From: Octopus vulgaris
Taxonomy: Eukaryota
DNA: 64,000 nt
Direction: 5' to 3'
Assembly (NCBI GenBank): GCA_951406725.2
Contig: OX597829.1
Coordinates: 49,786,001 to 49,850,000, forward strand
Shown: positions 12,783 to 26,829 of the stretch, one piece after another
Numbering within the stretch: the first letter of the stretch is position 1
Layout of the letters: every line of letters begins with the position of its first letter
Position numbers and translations under genes: made by a program
The notes under the pieces: generated by a model
Databases searched by the model: none
Seen by the model: only the letters and a program-made list of their open reading frames with translations
Told to the model about the DNA's origin: nothing

Positions 12783-15700
12783 TTGTCGTCAGCTCCCAAC
12801 TCGTATCCGAGCATTGGGTTCGTCAGTTTCCGTCCAGTCGCCTCGGCTGATGTTTGTGCCGAAAGTGTCTTAGGAGTCCCAAGACGGTGGTGAAAGAGTC
12901 GTGGGCAGAATTCGCACGGGATGGTCGGTGCAGGTCGAGGACGTTGAAGACGCTCCTTTCTTCTCTTACGTTTTACCTCCTCGTTCTGTTGTCTGTTCTG
13001 CACGAAGGTGCTGGCTCCATTGCGGATAGCAGTCCTCCGAGCTGTCCCATCCATGGCAATCTGTTCCCATGAGGATGGCTTGATGTAAGTCTGAGCCAGG
13101 GTCCGTTTGAGCTGGTCTTTAAAACGGAATTGCGGAACTCCTCTGCGTCTTGTTCCGATTGCAAGTTTTCCGTAGAGCATGATACTTAGGAGACGAGAGG
13201 GCTCCATACGCTGGACGTCACCTGCCCAGCGGAGACGATGCCGAAGAATGGTAGCTTCGACACTTGGTAGTGAGGCGCGGCGAAGAACCTCGCTGTTGGT
13301 AATGTGATCTTCCCATTCAGTGTTTTGCTCTTTAATGCGTTTACCTGCTTCCCGAAGCGTTCATAAGCCGCGTTGTAAAGATCGGCCGTTCTTTGTAGGC
13401 CATCTGTGGTCCGGCTCGGAGTGGTATTGTCGTCGGCATACTGCATCTCACGGTCCGAGATGGCGGAGGTCCTTGTCTTTGCACGGAGACGTGCGAGATT
13501 GAAGAGTCCGCCACCCAAGTGATAGCGCATGTTGATGGAAGGCGAGTCTAGTGGGATTTCGTTGAACATGGCGGCCACGTTCAAAGAGAGAAACAAGTTG
13601 GTGCCAGGATGCATCCTTGCTCAAGCCTCCCAGTGATGGGGAACGGGTCTGTGAGGGTATTTTGATGGCATGCCCTACCTACCATGCCGTCATGAAGGGA
13701 GCGGAGCAGGGCAATGAAGTCTTCCAGAGATCTAGACCGGGCAAGGACGGCCCACATTGCAGGACGAGGGACTTTGTCAAAGGCTTTCTTTAGATCCCAG
13801 AAGATGAACATTGCAGGCTGTTGTTGTTCTTGACATTTCTCCTGGAGTTGACAGGCACAAAAGATCATGTCGATTGTGCCTTGAGAGGGTCGAAAGCCAC
13901 ACTGGAACTGAGGAAGGACGTCTTCCGCGAGGATGAGGAGGCGATTGAGTAGGATACGAGCGAAGATCTTACTTGCGATACTCAGGAGTGAGATGTCCCG
14001 ATAGTTGTTGCAATCCTCTCGGTCTCCCTTCTTATAGATGGTGATGATAGTTGCATCGCGGAAGTCGTTCGGAGGGGGGCGGGGGTCTTGCTTTCCCAAA
14101 TCTTGAGGATAGTTTTTCAGCACAGGACCTCCGTGCGTAAAAGACTCAAATGGGATGATGTCTTGTCATGGAGCTTTCCTCGGTTTCATGCGCGCAAGTG
14201 CCTTGTTAAACTCATGGCGTGAGGGCGGCGGCATGGACATCCAATGGCGGATGGGGAGCTGTGGGGTGTTTTAGAGGAGACCGTCGGGAGTGCGTGAGTG
14301 GTCGTTAAGTAGGTATCGAAATGGGACTTTCAGCGATTGAGGATTCCCTGGGCGTCGGTTATCGTAGAGCCAGCTGCGTTCTTCCAGCCGCCCACTGATG
14401 ATCTTGCGGGGCCGAAGATCTCCTTGGTTGAGGCATAAAAGCTGCACAACTCTCGTTGGTCCGCCTAGTTTTGCATCTCTTCTGCTTTCCTCTCCATCAG
14501 ATATTCTGAGCTTCTCGAATTCCTCGCTGGCATTCCGCTGTTGCTTGCTGATGTTTTCGTTTGTTCTCCGCGGTGACATGGCTCTCGAGGGTTAGGCATG
14601 TCCGGAGTTTTACTTCGATAAGACAGGAGATTGTTTCATCTTTCTTGTCAAACCAGTCTTGATCCTTCTTTCGGGTAAAGCGGATCGTTTCTTCTGCAGC
14701 AGACTGGTCCTGCGATCCTCAATGGTGGTTGGCTCTCAATGGATTCCCTGAAGTTTTTGGATGCCTGTGAGCTCCGGAGTTTGGCGCAGTCGAAATGTCG
14801 GCAAGGGATGTTTGCTGAGACCTGCTTTGGTGGGCAGCCGATCTTGATGTCAAAGCGACAAATAAGGAGGCGGTGGCCAGTTCAACAGTCATCTGCACCA
14901 GGCATGGAGCGGGTGATCCGTACATCTCATCTGTCCCTTGATTTTGTCAGAACGTAGTCGAAGATGTGCCAATGCTTAGAGCATAGGTGTTTCCAGGTCG
15001 TTTTTTGTCGGGTAGGGAGACGAAATAGGAAGTTGGTGATGACGAGTTCGAGCTTGACGCAAAGATCTAGGAGGAGCTGGCCATTGGCATTGCATTTCCC
15101 AATGCCGTGATGACCAAAAATACCATTCCACAGACAACGGTCACTGCCGACTTTGCCGTTAGAGTTCCCCAACATAACGAGTTTGTCGTGCGCGATAACT
15201 GTCAAGATGGTGCAATACAGCAGGTTGTAGAACGAAGCCTTGACGTCGTCTTCCGATGTGAGAATAGGGGCATACACAGAGATCAGCATAAGGAATCTGT
15301 GCCGAGTGAGTGGGATCCGAACAGTCACCAGGCGCTCACTGGCAGCGGTTGAGACGAGTCTGTGTTTGTCCACGAGTTGCGTTTTGATGGCAAGGTCAAC
15401 TCCATGGAAACGTGGTTCATTAGGATTCTTCCCCTTCCAAAAGATGGTGGATTTGGAGCCAGCTTCTCTGATGCTGCCTTCAGGAAGCCTAGTCTCGCTC
15501 AAGACTGCCACGTCGATGTTGAAGAGGGCAAGTTCCTTGCAGACGAGGGCTGTACGTCGCCCTGGTCAATTAATGTCACTCTCGTCCTGGAGAGTGCGGA
15601 TGTTCCAGGCCTCGAAGGTGAGAGGTTGTGAAACAGAGAATTCAGTAGAGTTCCGACCGCTAAGTGGGAGGTCCGCCAACCGCGGTATGTTGACCAGATC

Positions 15701-16260
15701 GAGTTGCCGTGTCTGATGTTTACCCCACCTTTCCTAGGGGCTTCTCCTTGAGGATTGGGCTACGGTAATCTTAGAGGCCAGCCCAGTCACGAGTCTAGCT
15801 GCCGAACGCCAATGTCACGGCTATTCATTGGAGAGCCACCATTTGAGAATCGCCGCCAATGTGTGGTCAGGGACTAGAGGCTTCCAGCTTTCCAGACCTG
15901 CCTCCCGTGCCCACGATACCGTCGTCATTGGGCTTTTTGAGACAGATTAGAAAGACGATGCCATTCGCTGAGTAGATTGTTTGAGGTGATCGTGGAAGCG
16001 CGACGGCCACGCGCACGCACTTGGCGAGGAGCTTCTCTCCACTGCGGCTCACTGCGGCTCAAGAATTGAGACGTGCAGTCCTGCTGAGGCTGGTTGGAGC
16101 GAACTGCCGGAGTCTATCCGTCTTTGTCACGCCTGCCTGTTAGGCGTTGCCCTCTTCCGCTGGAGTCAATCCTTGGGGGCTTGAGATAGCCCTTCTCCGC
16201 TTGTTCCACCGTTGGGGTCTTAATGTTGGTGTTTGGTTGTGTTTAGTCTGGGACCTCATC
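12783..16260 (-). pseudogene. RTE-clade (BovB-like) LINE, near full length, multiply frameshifted
   Basis: APE endonuclease (AWNIRTL, LSETRL, SVYAP, TTWKH...WHIFDYV), RT (NYRDISLLS, QCGFR, DLKKAFD, QGCILAP, YADD), C-terminal CxxC-H finger (IPCEFCPRLFHH); GACGACAAC tail. Confidence 0.92.
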
Positions 16261-16262
16261 TG

Positions 16263-16326
<64 letters not shown>

Positions 16327-16331
16327 CTTAC

Positions 16332-16365
<34 letters not shown>

Positions 16366-17284
16366 GTGGATAAATTTAAGACTTTAGCTCTTATTTCTAG
16401 CAGGTGGATGCTTGTTAAGCATCCTAACGCTTCGTACAAATTTATAATTCATAGCTATTTAATGCTATTTCGCCTGCGATCCACCTATGTCACAGCTGGT
16501 GATATCATCAATTTTAAAATTTATCCCCAGATGATATGAACAGTAGTGACATCTGATTTCAAATCTCAGTGTTTGAATGTTTTGTGTGTGTGTATATATA
16601 TATACACACACACACGGAGGTACACGTATTTGGTCTCACCGTGAAAGTAGACCCATGTGTCAAGAAAGAGTTCACTTCGGCACATTATAATCGCACTGAC
16701 GTCTTTAATAGTTATTCGACAACTTATTAGAATGTGCTCGCATCTTGCTTCTCGTTCCCAAGATACCGAAAGAAAGTGGCTGAAAAGTAGGTTGAATGCA
16801 ATCCTCTCTTTCTTCACGAAGCATCTACAGGAATTATTGCAATTAATATAATTATCACACATCACATCTGAAACTGACATCTAGGGAGACAACCTCTTAC
16901 TCGATCTTGTCAGGAAACAGAGATAGCACAGATAAACCGTTCACCTATTGACATTTGGATAATAACTATGTCGTCAAATCTATCTCCCAGCAGTGAGAGT
17001 AAAAATCTCGGCTATTAACAGTAAATAAAATCTTTTAATTTACTTAGTAAGAAATCTGATAATCAAGGCAAGAATTCAAAATTGCGAACATGTGTCTTTT
17101 ATTTTCGAGAACCTTTCTTGCACGTCTGCCAGCCGGTATGGCTAAAGGTAATTTCCAGCGATGTCAGATAATGTGACAATGTTTACCAACGACCATATAA
17201 AGGGAGATAACAACAGCAGGAACAACGTCTCAGATTTTAAATGATCTTTCTCATAACAACCTATCTCTTAAAACATACACACTC

Positions 17285-17621
<337 letters not shown>

Positions 17622-17813
17622 AGTACAGTGTTTGAAAAGGTTAATTGAAAGCGCTCGCATACACTCGGAAAAAAATTCTTCCCGTAAAGGTTACTAACTT
17701 CTGATAAAAGATTTGATAACCTTTTTTTTTTTAATTACCTTTACACTCCCAAATTGTATTAAGCAATTCTCATAGACTTTCAAAGATATATATTCATTTA
17801 TATATATACATAT

Positions 17814-17847
<34 letters not shown>

Positions 17848-17849
<2 letters not shown>

Positions 17850-18016
17850 CGTAGGCTTGGCTGTGTGGCAAGAAGCTTGCTTCCCACCCAACCATAAAGT
17901 TTCGAGTTCAGGCCCACTGCATTGCACCTTGGGTAAGTGTCTTAGCCTCAGGCCGACCAAAGACTTGTGAGTGGTTTTAGTAGACGGAAACTGAAAGAAG
18001 CCTGTCGTGTACATAT

Positions 18017-18090
<74 letters not shown>

Positions 18091-18230
18091 TTCTGTGTGT
18101 TTGTATTTGTCCCCCCCCCCGTCACCACTCGACCACCGTTGTTGCTGTGTTTACGTCCCCGTAGCTTTGCGGTTCGGCAAAAGAGATCCGATAGATTAAG
18201 TACTAGGATGAAGAAAAATAAGTCCTGGGA
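17848..18230 (+). mobile_element. SINE family B with internal (TAGA)n
   Basis: Head GGCGTAGGCTTGGCTGTGTGG...CCTTGGGTAAGTGTCTT; tail half after the microsatellite. Confidence 0.8.
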
Positions 18231-18338
18231 TCTTTTCTCTCTCTCCTTCTTTTCTTTCTCCCTCTTTGTCTCTAATCACGTGAAAGCGTTATCGATGGAT
18301 TAAGTAAAGCAACGACAAGCAGATTTATTATAAGATTG

Positions 18339-18763
18339 ATTTCAAATTTTGGTACAAAAGCAGCTATTTAAGGGCGAATAAGTCAGTTACACCGACCTCA
18401 GTGCATAACTGGTACTTACTTTATCGGCACTGAAATGATGAAATGCATAATCGACCTCGGCGGAATTTGAACTCAGATCGTAACGACGGACGAAATACCG
18501 CTCAGCATTTTGTCCGGCGAGCTAAGCATTCCTATTTCATTACTACCCACAAGGGGCTAAACACAGAGAGGACAAACAAGGACACACAAACGGATTAAGT
18601 CGATTATATCGACCCCAGGGCGTAACTGGTACTTATTTAATCGACACCGAAATGATGAAAGGCAAAGTCGACCTCGGCGGAATTCGAACTCACAACGTAA
18701 CGGCAGACGAAATACCGCAAAGCATTTCGCCCGGCGTGCTAACGGTTCTGCCAGCTCGCCGCC
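18339..18763 (-). mobile_element. SINE family A, one full copy (18531-18763) plus one older partial copy
   Basis: Reverse complement of the 2087 element. Confidence 0.85.
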
Positions 18764-19206
18764 TTATGTTAGGTGTTAGTGAGTGAAACGAGCAATTCTT
18801 GCTTTTGAACTAAGTGTTTTCCTCCGTTATTTAGCCCGTCTGTAACGTTTTCACGTTATTAGTTGAAGGGAAAGGCGTATATGCTTTGACATATTGTGCT
18901 GAAGATAACAAGGTGTTTTCATAACGCTAAGTTTGAAATCGTTCGATGTACAATTGATCTAAAGATCTTATTTATTTTTTCATCTGCCCGATTACAACCT
19001 GTGCTAACTGAGTAGTGAGGTGGTTTTCAGAGCCGTTTGGAATCTATGTACCTATTCTTTTTAATAACATCTGTAGACATCGCGCACAAATATAGGCAGC
19101 TGTCTCTGCAGAGACGAAAGTCGAAACATCTGGCCAACTTCTAAGAAGATATTTGAAACAGTAAGTTGGTATCTTATTATCAGTTACTGACACTCTCAAT
19201 TCTCCA

Positions 19207-19252
<46 letters not shown>

Positions 19253-19295
19253 CCCCCTCTCTCTCTTTGCATATATATATATATATATATATTTT

Positions 19296-19701
19296 ACTCT
19301 TTTTCTTGTTTCAGCCATTTGACTGCGGCCATGCTGGAGCACCGCCTTTAGTCGAGCAAATCGACCCCAGGACTTATTCTTCGTAAGCCCAGTACTTATT
19401 CTATCGGTCTCTTTTGCCGAACAACTAAGTGACGGGGACGTAAACACACCAGCATCAGTTGTCAAGCAATGCTAGGGGGACAAACACAGACACACAAACA
19501 TATACACACACACTTATATATATATATACATATATACGACAGGCTTCTTTCAGTTTCCGTCTACCAAATCCACTCACAAGGCTTTGGTCGGTCCGAGGCT
19601 ATAGCAGAAGACACTTGCCCCAAGATGCCACGCAGTGGGACTGAACCCGGAACCATGTGGTTGGTTAGCAAGCTACTTACCACACAGCCACTCCTGCGCC
19701 T
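19296..19701 (-). mobile_element. SINE family B, full-length young copy
   Basis: tRNA-like head with GGTTCAGTCCC B-box, CORE-like TTGGGCAAGTGTCTT, (TA/TG)n linker, tail CCAGCATGGCCGCAGTCAAATGGCTGAAAC. Confidence 0.88.
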
Positions 19702-20054
19702 ATGTGTGCATTCGTGCAAAGTAAAAGGCTCCTGAGCGCCTCTGTTCTTATATACATATGTGTGCACGCGTGCTCGTTTGCGTGTCTGTCTTAAAATTCC
19801 TATATATAACAAACTCGCTCTAAATATCTTCTAATATAAATTTGAAAGAAGCGACATTTTACTGCGTTTTTCTTTTTCTGTTTCTATTTGTTTTTGTGCA
19901 TATGTTTATGTATTTACAGACTTCAATCTGATCAACATGTTGATTCGTTTGTCATAAAAAGAAAAGGTATATATTTAATTCGCTTCTTTCAGATGTTCAG
20001 ACACGTGCGTGAACGAACATCTGAAAGGAAAAAAACCAATTTCTTTCTCACTTT

Positions 20055-21100
<1,046 letters not shown>

Positions 21101-21428
21101 AACCCGTGCTAGCGCAGAAAACGGACGTTAAACGATGATGATGATGATGATATATACAAACATAAATACATATACGTACACACGCACACATGGACACGTA
21201 TGTATGTATGTATGCATGTCTGTGTGTATGTCGGGTGTGTGCCACTGGCATTAATTTAATAAATCATCAACAAACGCCCAAATCAATGGAGAGACGGAAA
21301 ACATATTTTGTTAATCAAAAAAGTTAATGACGTGTGTGGTGTATATATATAAGGATATACACATATATGCGTGTGTGTGTGTGTATACATATATGTATAA
21401 TGTACATATATATATATATATGTATAAT

Positions 21429-21508
<80 letters not shown>

Positions 21509-21767
21509 TACGTACATGTGTATATGTTCCAATATATATATATACATATACCACATACACATATCTATACGCACATATCTATACATATATATACATGTAT
21601 ATATGTAAATTCATACAGGCATATACATATATATATGCACACATATAGAGATAAATAAATATATACAAATATACAAATATATAGATATATATATATACAT
21701 ATATATATACACACACACATACACACACGCACACACATATATATATATATGTATACACACACACACC

Positions 21768-21802
<35 letters not shown>

Positions 21803-21804
<2 letters not shown>

Positions 21805-22133
21805 CGTGGCTCAGTGGTTAGAGCGTCGAGCTTACAATCGTGAGGTTGTGAGCTCAAATCCCGGACCGGGCTGCGTGTTGTGTTCTTGAGCAAGACACTT
21901 TATTTCACGTTGCTCCAGTTCACTCAGCTGTAGAAATGAGTTGCGACGTCACTGGTGCCAAGCTGTATCGGCCCCGTTGCCTTTCCCTTGGATAACATCG
22001 GTGACGTGGAGAGGGGAGACCGGTATGCATGGGTGATTGCTGGTCTTCCATAAAACAACCTTGCCCAGACTTGTGCCTCAGAGGGTAACTCTCTATGTGC
22101 AAACCCATGGTCAGTGTCTGACCGAAGGGGGTC
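21803..22133 (+). mobile_element. tRNA-derived CORE-type SINE family C
   Basis: A-box TGGCTCAGTGG, B-box-like GAGCTCAAATCCC, CORE-like GTTCTTGAGCAAGACACTTTATTTC; flanked by (TA)n. Confidence 0.8.
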
Positions 22134-22141
22134 ATTAATTA

Positions 22142-22187
<46 letters not shown>

Positions 22188-22277
22188 CATCATTATAATT
22201 GTGAGTTTGTTATTCTAATTTATGCACACGTGAAATAATGTATCTTATGATGTTTGTTTGTGTGTGTGTGTGTGTCT

Positions 22278-22615
22278 TTATGTTCAGAGTTCAAATTCGG
22301 CCGAAGTCCACTTTGCCTTTCATCCTTTTGGAGTCGATAAAATAAGTACCAGTTGAGCACTGGGGTCGACTACATCAAGTAGCTCCATCAAAGAATTATT
22401 AAAGGGCAGACAGAATCGCTAGCAGGCCGGACGAAATGCTTAGCGACATTTCATCCGTCTTTACGTTCAGAGTTCAAATTCCGCTGAAGTCCACTTTGCT
22501 TTTCATGCTTTCGGGGGTCGATAAAATAAATACCTGTTGATTACTGGTGTTCCAATGTAATAGACAAGTCCATCCACCGAAATTGTTGACCTTGTGCCAA
22601 AATTTGAAATCAATA
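22278..22615 (+). mobile_element. SINE family A, two degenerate copies
   Basis: GAGTTCAAATTC...TTTGCCTTTCATCC...GTCGATAAAATAAGTACC occurs twice. Confidence 0.7.
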
Positions 22616-22629
22616 TTGAGAGTTCGTTG

Positions 22630-22913
<284 letters not shown>

Positions 22914-23104
22914 TACAATTTATAAGCTCGCATAAAAATTGTATCTCTTACAATTTACTTCGTCGCCGAAGTCCCATTCATATGTATACAGTTTCAAATT
23001 GCAATGATACCTGGCGTAGGAAGATCTGTGTTTATTTTCAAGATATCTATATTTTACGTTCCGTTTTTTGTATTTGGTTTGCAAGATTCTTTGTATATGA
23101 AGTA

Positions 23105-23447
23105 GAGGCGCAATGGCCCAGTGGTTAGGGCAGCGGACTCGCGGTCATAGGATCGCGGTTTTGATTCCCAGACCGGGCGTTGTGAGTGTTTATTGAGCGA
23201 AAACACCTAAAAAGTTCCACGAGGCTCCGGCAGGGGATGGTGGTGATCCCTGCTGTACTCTTTCACCACAACTTTCTCTCACTCTTACTTCCTGTTTCTG
23301 TTGTCACGCTGAATATCCCCGAGAACTACGTTAAGGGTACACGTGTCTGTGGAGTGCTCAGCCACTTACACGTTAATTTCACGAGCAGGCTGTTCCGTTG
23401 ATTCGGATCAACCGGAACCCTCGTCGTCGTAACCGACGGAGTGCTTC
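23105..23447 (+). mobile_element. tRNA-derived SINE family D
   Basis: A-box TGGCCCAGTGG, B-box-like GGTTTTGATTCCC; near identical to 28336-28716 apart from a ~40-bp deletion. Confidence 0.85.
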
Positions 23448-23494
23448 CTCTCCTCCTTATATATGAGTTCGTGTGTTGAAGCATATTCTGTTGT

Positions 23495-23931
23495 GTCTGG
23501 GGAGAGTCATTTTCTTTTTGTGCCTTATTATTCAACACACTCACCGGTAAAATTTCCACTTATTTCTTATTTTTATTTTCCTAAAATTTTCGTTGCGTCT
23601 TGCAACCTTTTCAATAGCTTAAATCTTCCATACGACTAACATGTCCAAGCCATCTCATACGTCTTTGTGTGAGGAGTGCAAACATGCTTGGTATTCCTGC
23701 TTGCTTGAGGACATCTTTGTTGGGGACATGATTCTTTATATAATCCGAATTTTATAGTATTAAATATCCATCCCGACTGGTCTTACCAATCGGTTTCGTG
23801 CAAAAATACTATTGAAAAGTTTGCAAGACGCAACGAAAATTTTAGGACAATAAAAATAAGAAAAGGGTGGAAATTTTACAGGTGAGTGTGTTACATTATA
23901 AGGCACAAAAAGAAAATGACTCTCCCCAGAC
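23495..23931. repeat. ~123-bp inverted repeat (23495-23617 / 23809-23931) with U3-A8 hammerhead motifs at the inner ends; spacer holds an RTE fragment and a half HHR
   Basis: Arms are reverse complements; spacer minus strand encodes HVPNKDVLKQAGIPSMFALLTQRRMRWLGHVSRME. Confidence 0.85.
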
Positions 23932-23964
23932 CCAAGAGTATATATTTTATGTGTTATAAATTTT

Positions 23965-24135
23965 AATATACGGACAGTGAGATTAATAGCCGTCCGTGTT
24001 AGTAGTTACCGGCGCGAAAATGTTAACGCACGCGTAGGGAAGTTTAGGGTTAGGGTTAGGGTTAACGTTAGGGTTAACGTTAGGGTTGAGGTCACCTCCT
24101 GCCCGAAAGAATTTCGCTCGGGCGACATTAGTCTT
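23965..24135 (+). mobile_element. Short Helentron/DINE-like element with internal (TTAGGG)n
   Basis: 5' inverted repeat ACGGAC/GTCCGT, TTAGGG/TTAACG array 24044-24087, 3' hairpin GCCCGA/TCGGGC 24101-24123, T-run flanks. Confidence 0.45.
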
Positions 24136-24179
24136 TTTTCGGTGAAAAAATAAAGTCGAATTCTTTTTGAACGCACCTC

Positions 24180-24910
24180 GTATGTATGTAAGTATTTATG
24201 TATGTGAGTATGCAGGTATAATGTGTGTGTATGTGTGAGTAGGTAAGAATGTAAGTATATATGACATTATGTATGTGTGTGTATGCATGTATATGTGTGT
24301 GTAGGTATGTGTGCATATATGTATGTATGTATGTGTGTGTGTATGCATGTATGTGTGCATGTATGTATGCATGCATACATGTATGTATGTATGTATGTAT
24401 GTATGTATGTATGTATGCATGTATGTATGCATGTATGTATGCATACATACATGTATGTATGTATGTATGTATGTATGCATGTATGTATGCATGTATGTAT
24501 GCATGCATACATATGTATGTATGTATGTATGCATGTATGTATGCATGTATGTATGCATGTATGTATGCATACATACATGCATGTATGTATGTATGTATGC
24601 ATGTATGTATGCATGCATACATGTATGTATGTATGTATGTATGTATGCATGTACGTATGCATGTATACATGCATGTATGTATGTATGTATGCATGTATGT
24701 ATGCATGTATGTATGCATGTATGTATGCATGCATACATGTATGTATGTATGTATGCATGCATACATGCATGCATGTATGTATGTATGTATGTATGTATGT
24801 ATGTATGTATGTATGTATGTATGTATGTATGGATACATGTATGTATGTATGTGCGTGTGTGTTTGTGTGTGTATGTATGCAAGCATGCATGCATGTATGT
24901 ATGTATATGT
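24180..24910. repeat. Degenerate (ATGT/ATGC)n microsatellite
   Basis: Directly visible. Confidence 0.95.
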
Positions 24911-25589
24911 TGCAATATATTTTTATCCTTTATTTTGTATAATTTTTTTTTATCAAAACAACAACAAAATAAAATGTTTCTTTCAATTACGATACTATAC
25001 AAGAGACATTGTAAGGAACCTCAGAGAGAAAAAAAACACTTTTTTTCTAGTCATTAACTGATCCCATTAACCAGCCTTGTAAATCCATACCTTCGACCAG
25101 ATTATCATATTTATACACTACAGGACTTTGTTGTTTGTTTGTTTGTTTCCAGGATATTTTTTTTCCTTTTGATTTTTTTTTGTTTACGGTGTCTAATATA
25201 GAATTAATAATATAATCTAAAGTCGTCGTGTTGTGAACGCCTTTGCCTCTGATAATAGCTTTGCTTGAGCAAGGCTGACCTAGGGCTAATCAAACGACAT
25301 CGTTTGCTTCATATCTCTGTCTTTACTTTTCTCTCTCCCTCTCTCTCTCTTCTCCCTCTCTCACTTACATGCTCTCTCTCTCACTCGCTCTCTCTCTCTC
25401 TCTCTCTCTCTCGCTTTCTCTCAATTTTTCTCTCTCCATATCTCTCTATCGATCTATCTATCTCTATGTCACGCTCTGTTTTTATCTCTCTCTTTTCTCC
25501 CCCCCCTCTCTCTCTCAATTCTATTACAACATCAAATATCTCATCGCTAAAACGCGTCGACTAAACTTTATTAACTGAATCCAGACATA

Positions 25590-25829
25590 CAGTAATCCCT
25601 CGACTATCGCGGGTGTTAAGTTCCAAAACCTCCCACAGAAATAACTAAAATCTTAAAAAAATAAAAAAAATACCTATCGGCCGCAGAAAGTCGCGATATA
25701 TTGAAGAGTCTACAATATAAATTTACGTGCATTAGCCAGAAAAATCCGCGATATACAGAGTGCACGATAAGTGAACCGCGATGTACTAAGTGCGCAATAG
25801 GTGAACCGCGATATGGAGAGGGATTATTG
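25590..25829. mobile_element. Tigger/pogo-like MITE
   Basis: TIRs CAGTAATCCCTCGACTATCGCGG / CCGCGATATGGAGAGGGATTATTG, TA target duplication on both sides, subterminal CCGCGAT repeats. Confidence 0.8.
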
Positions 25830-26107
25830 TATTTAGACTTTTACAGGTGCAAGGTCATTTCAGGACACTTAATTATCGCATAATTATAAGAATATTACTC
25901 TATTGAAATCAATTAGAAGGCTTTTATTTCTTTCAGATCCTCCATGGCAGATAAAATTCTAACACAAGAAATGAAATGACATGGCAGCCATTTTTACCAT
26001 ATATGTGGAATATGGAGATCCGGAAACCTTCTAAAGTTGCAAAATGTTGCATACACAATGCTCAGAGGGAATAGGAAGCCTCTGCCAGAAACGTTTCAAC
26101 CTTATAA

Positions 26108-26521
26108 GGTGGCGAGCTGGCAGAAACGTTAGCACGCCGGGCGAAATGCTTAGCGGTATTTTGTCTGCCGTTACGTTCTGAGTTCAAATTCCGCCGAGAT
26201 CGACTTTGCCTTTCATCCTTTCGGGGTCGATAAATTAAGTACCAGTTACGCACTGGGGTCGATATAATCGACTTGATCTGTTTGTCTGTCCTTGTTTGTC
26301 CCTTCTGTGTTTAGCCCCTTGTGGGTTGCAAAGAACTAAGTATTTCGTCTGCTGCTACGTTCTGAGTTCAAATTCCGCCGAGGTCGACTTTGCCTTTCAT
26401 CCTTTCGGGGTCGATTAAATAAGTACCAGTTATACACTGGGTCGATGTAATCGACTTAATGCCTTTGTCTGTCCTTGTTTGTCCCGTCTATGTTTAGCCC
26501 CTTGTGGGCAATAAAGAAATA
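26108..26521 (+). mobile_element. SINE family A, two-unit copy with 21-bp TSD
   Basis: TSD AGAAACGTTTCAACCTTATAA at 26087-26107 and 26522-26542. Confidence 0.92.
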
Positions 26522-26727
26522 AGAAACGTTTCAACCTTATAAAAGAGAGAAAAAATCATTTTAAACATTATAATAGACACAGACACGGCTATGTGGTAAG
26601 AAGCTTGCTTCCCAACCATATAGTTCCGGGTTCAGTCCCACTGCATGGCACCATGGACAAGTGTCTTCTACTATAACCTCAGGCCAATCAAAGCCTTGCG
26701 AGTTTACTTGGAAGACTGTATTCCCTT

Positions 26728-26829
26728 CCATATCAGCTACCTCTGATGAGCGAGATTATATAATTGGATTGTTACTTAACACACCATTGTATTTTTGCAC
26801 GAAACCGATTGGTAAGACCAGCCATGTGG
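26728..26829 (+). ncRNA. Hammerhead motif with ~50-nt stem II (decayed)
   Basis: CTGATGA 26743-26749, GAAA 26801-26804, near-palindromic ACCGATTGGT, GUA; its 3' half recurs inverted at 23740-23808. Confidence 0.55.

Noticed and set aside
16060-16260. Possible HDV-like ribozyme at the RTE 5' end
   Set aside because: Expected in some RTEs, but a nested double pseudoknot could not be built by eye
21803-21875. tRNA-like sequences at SINE heads
   Set aside because: No complete cloverleaf or acceptor stem; they continue into SINE bodies
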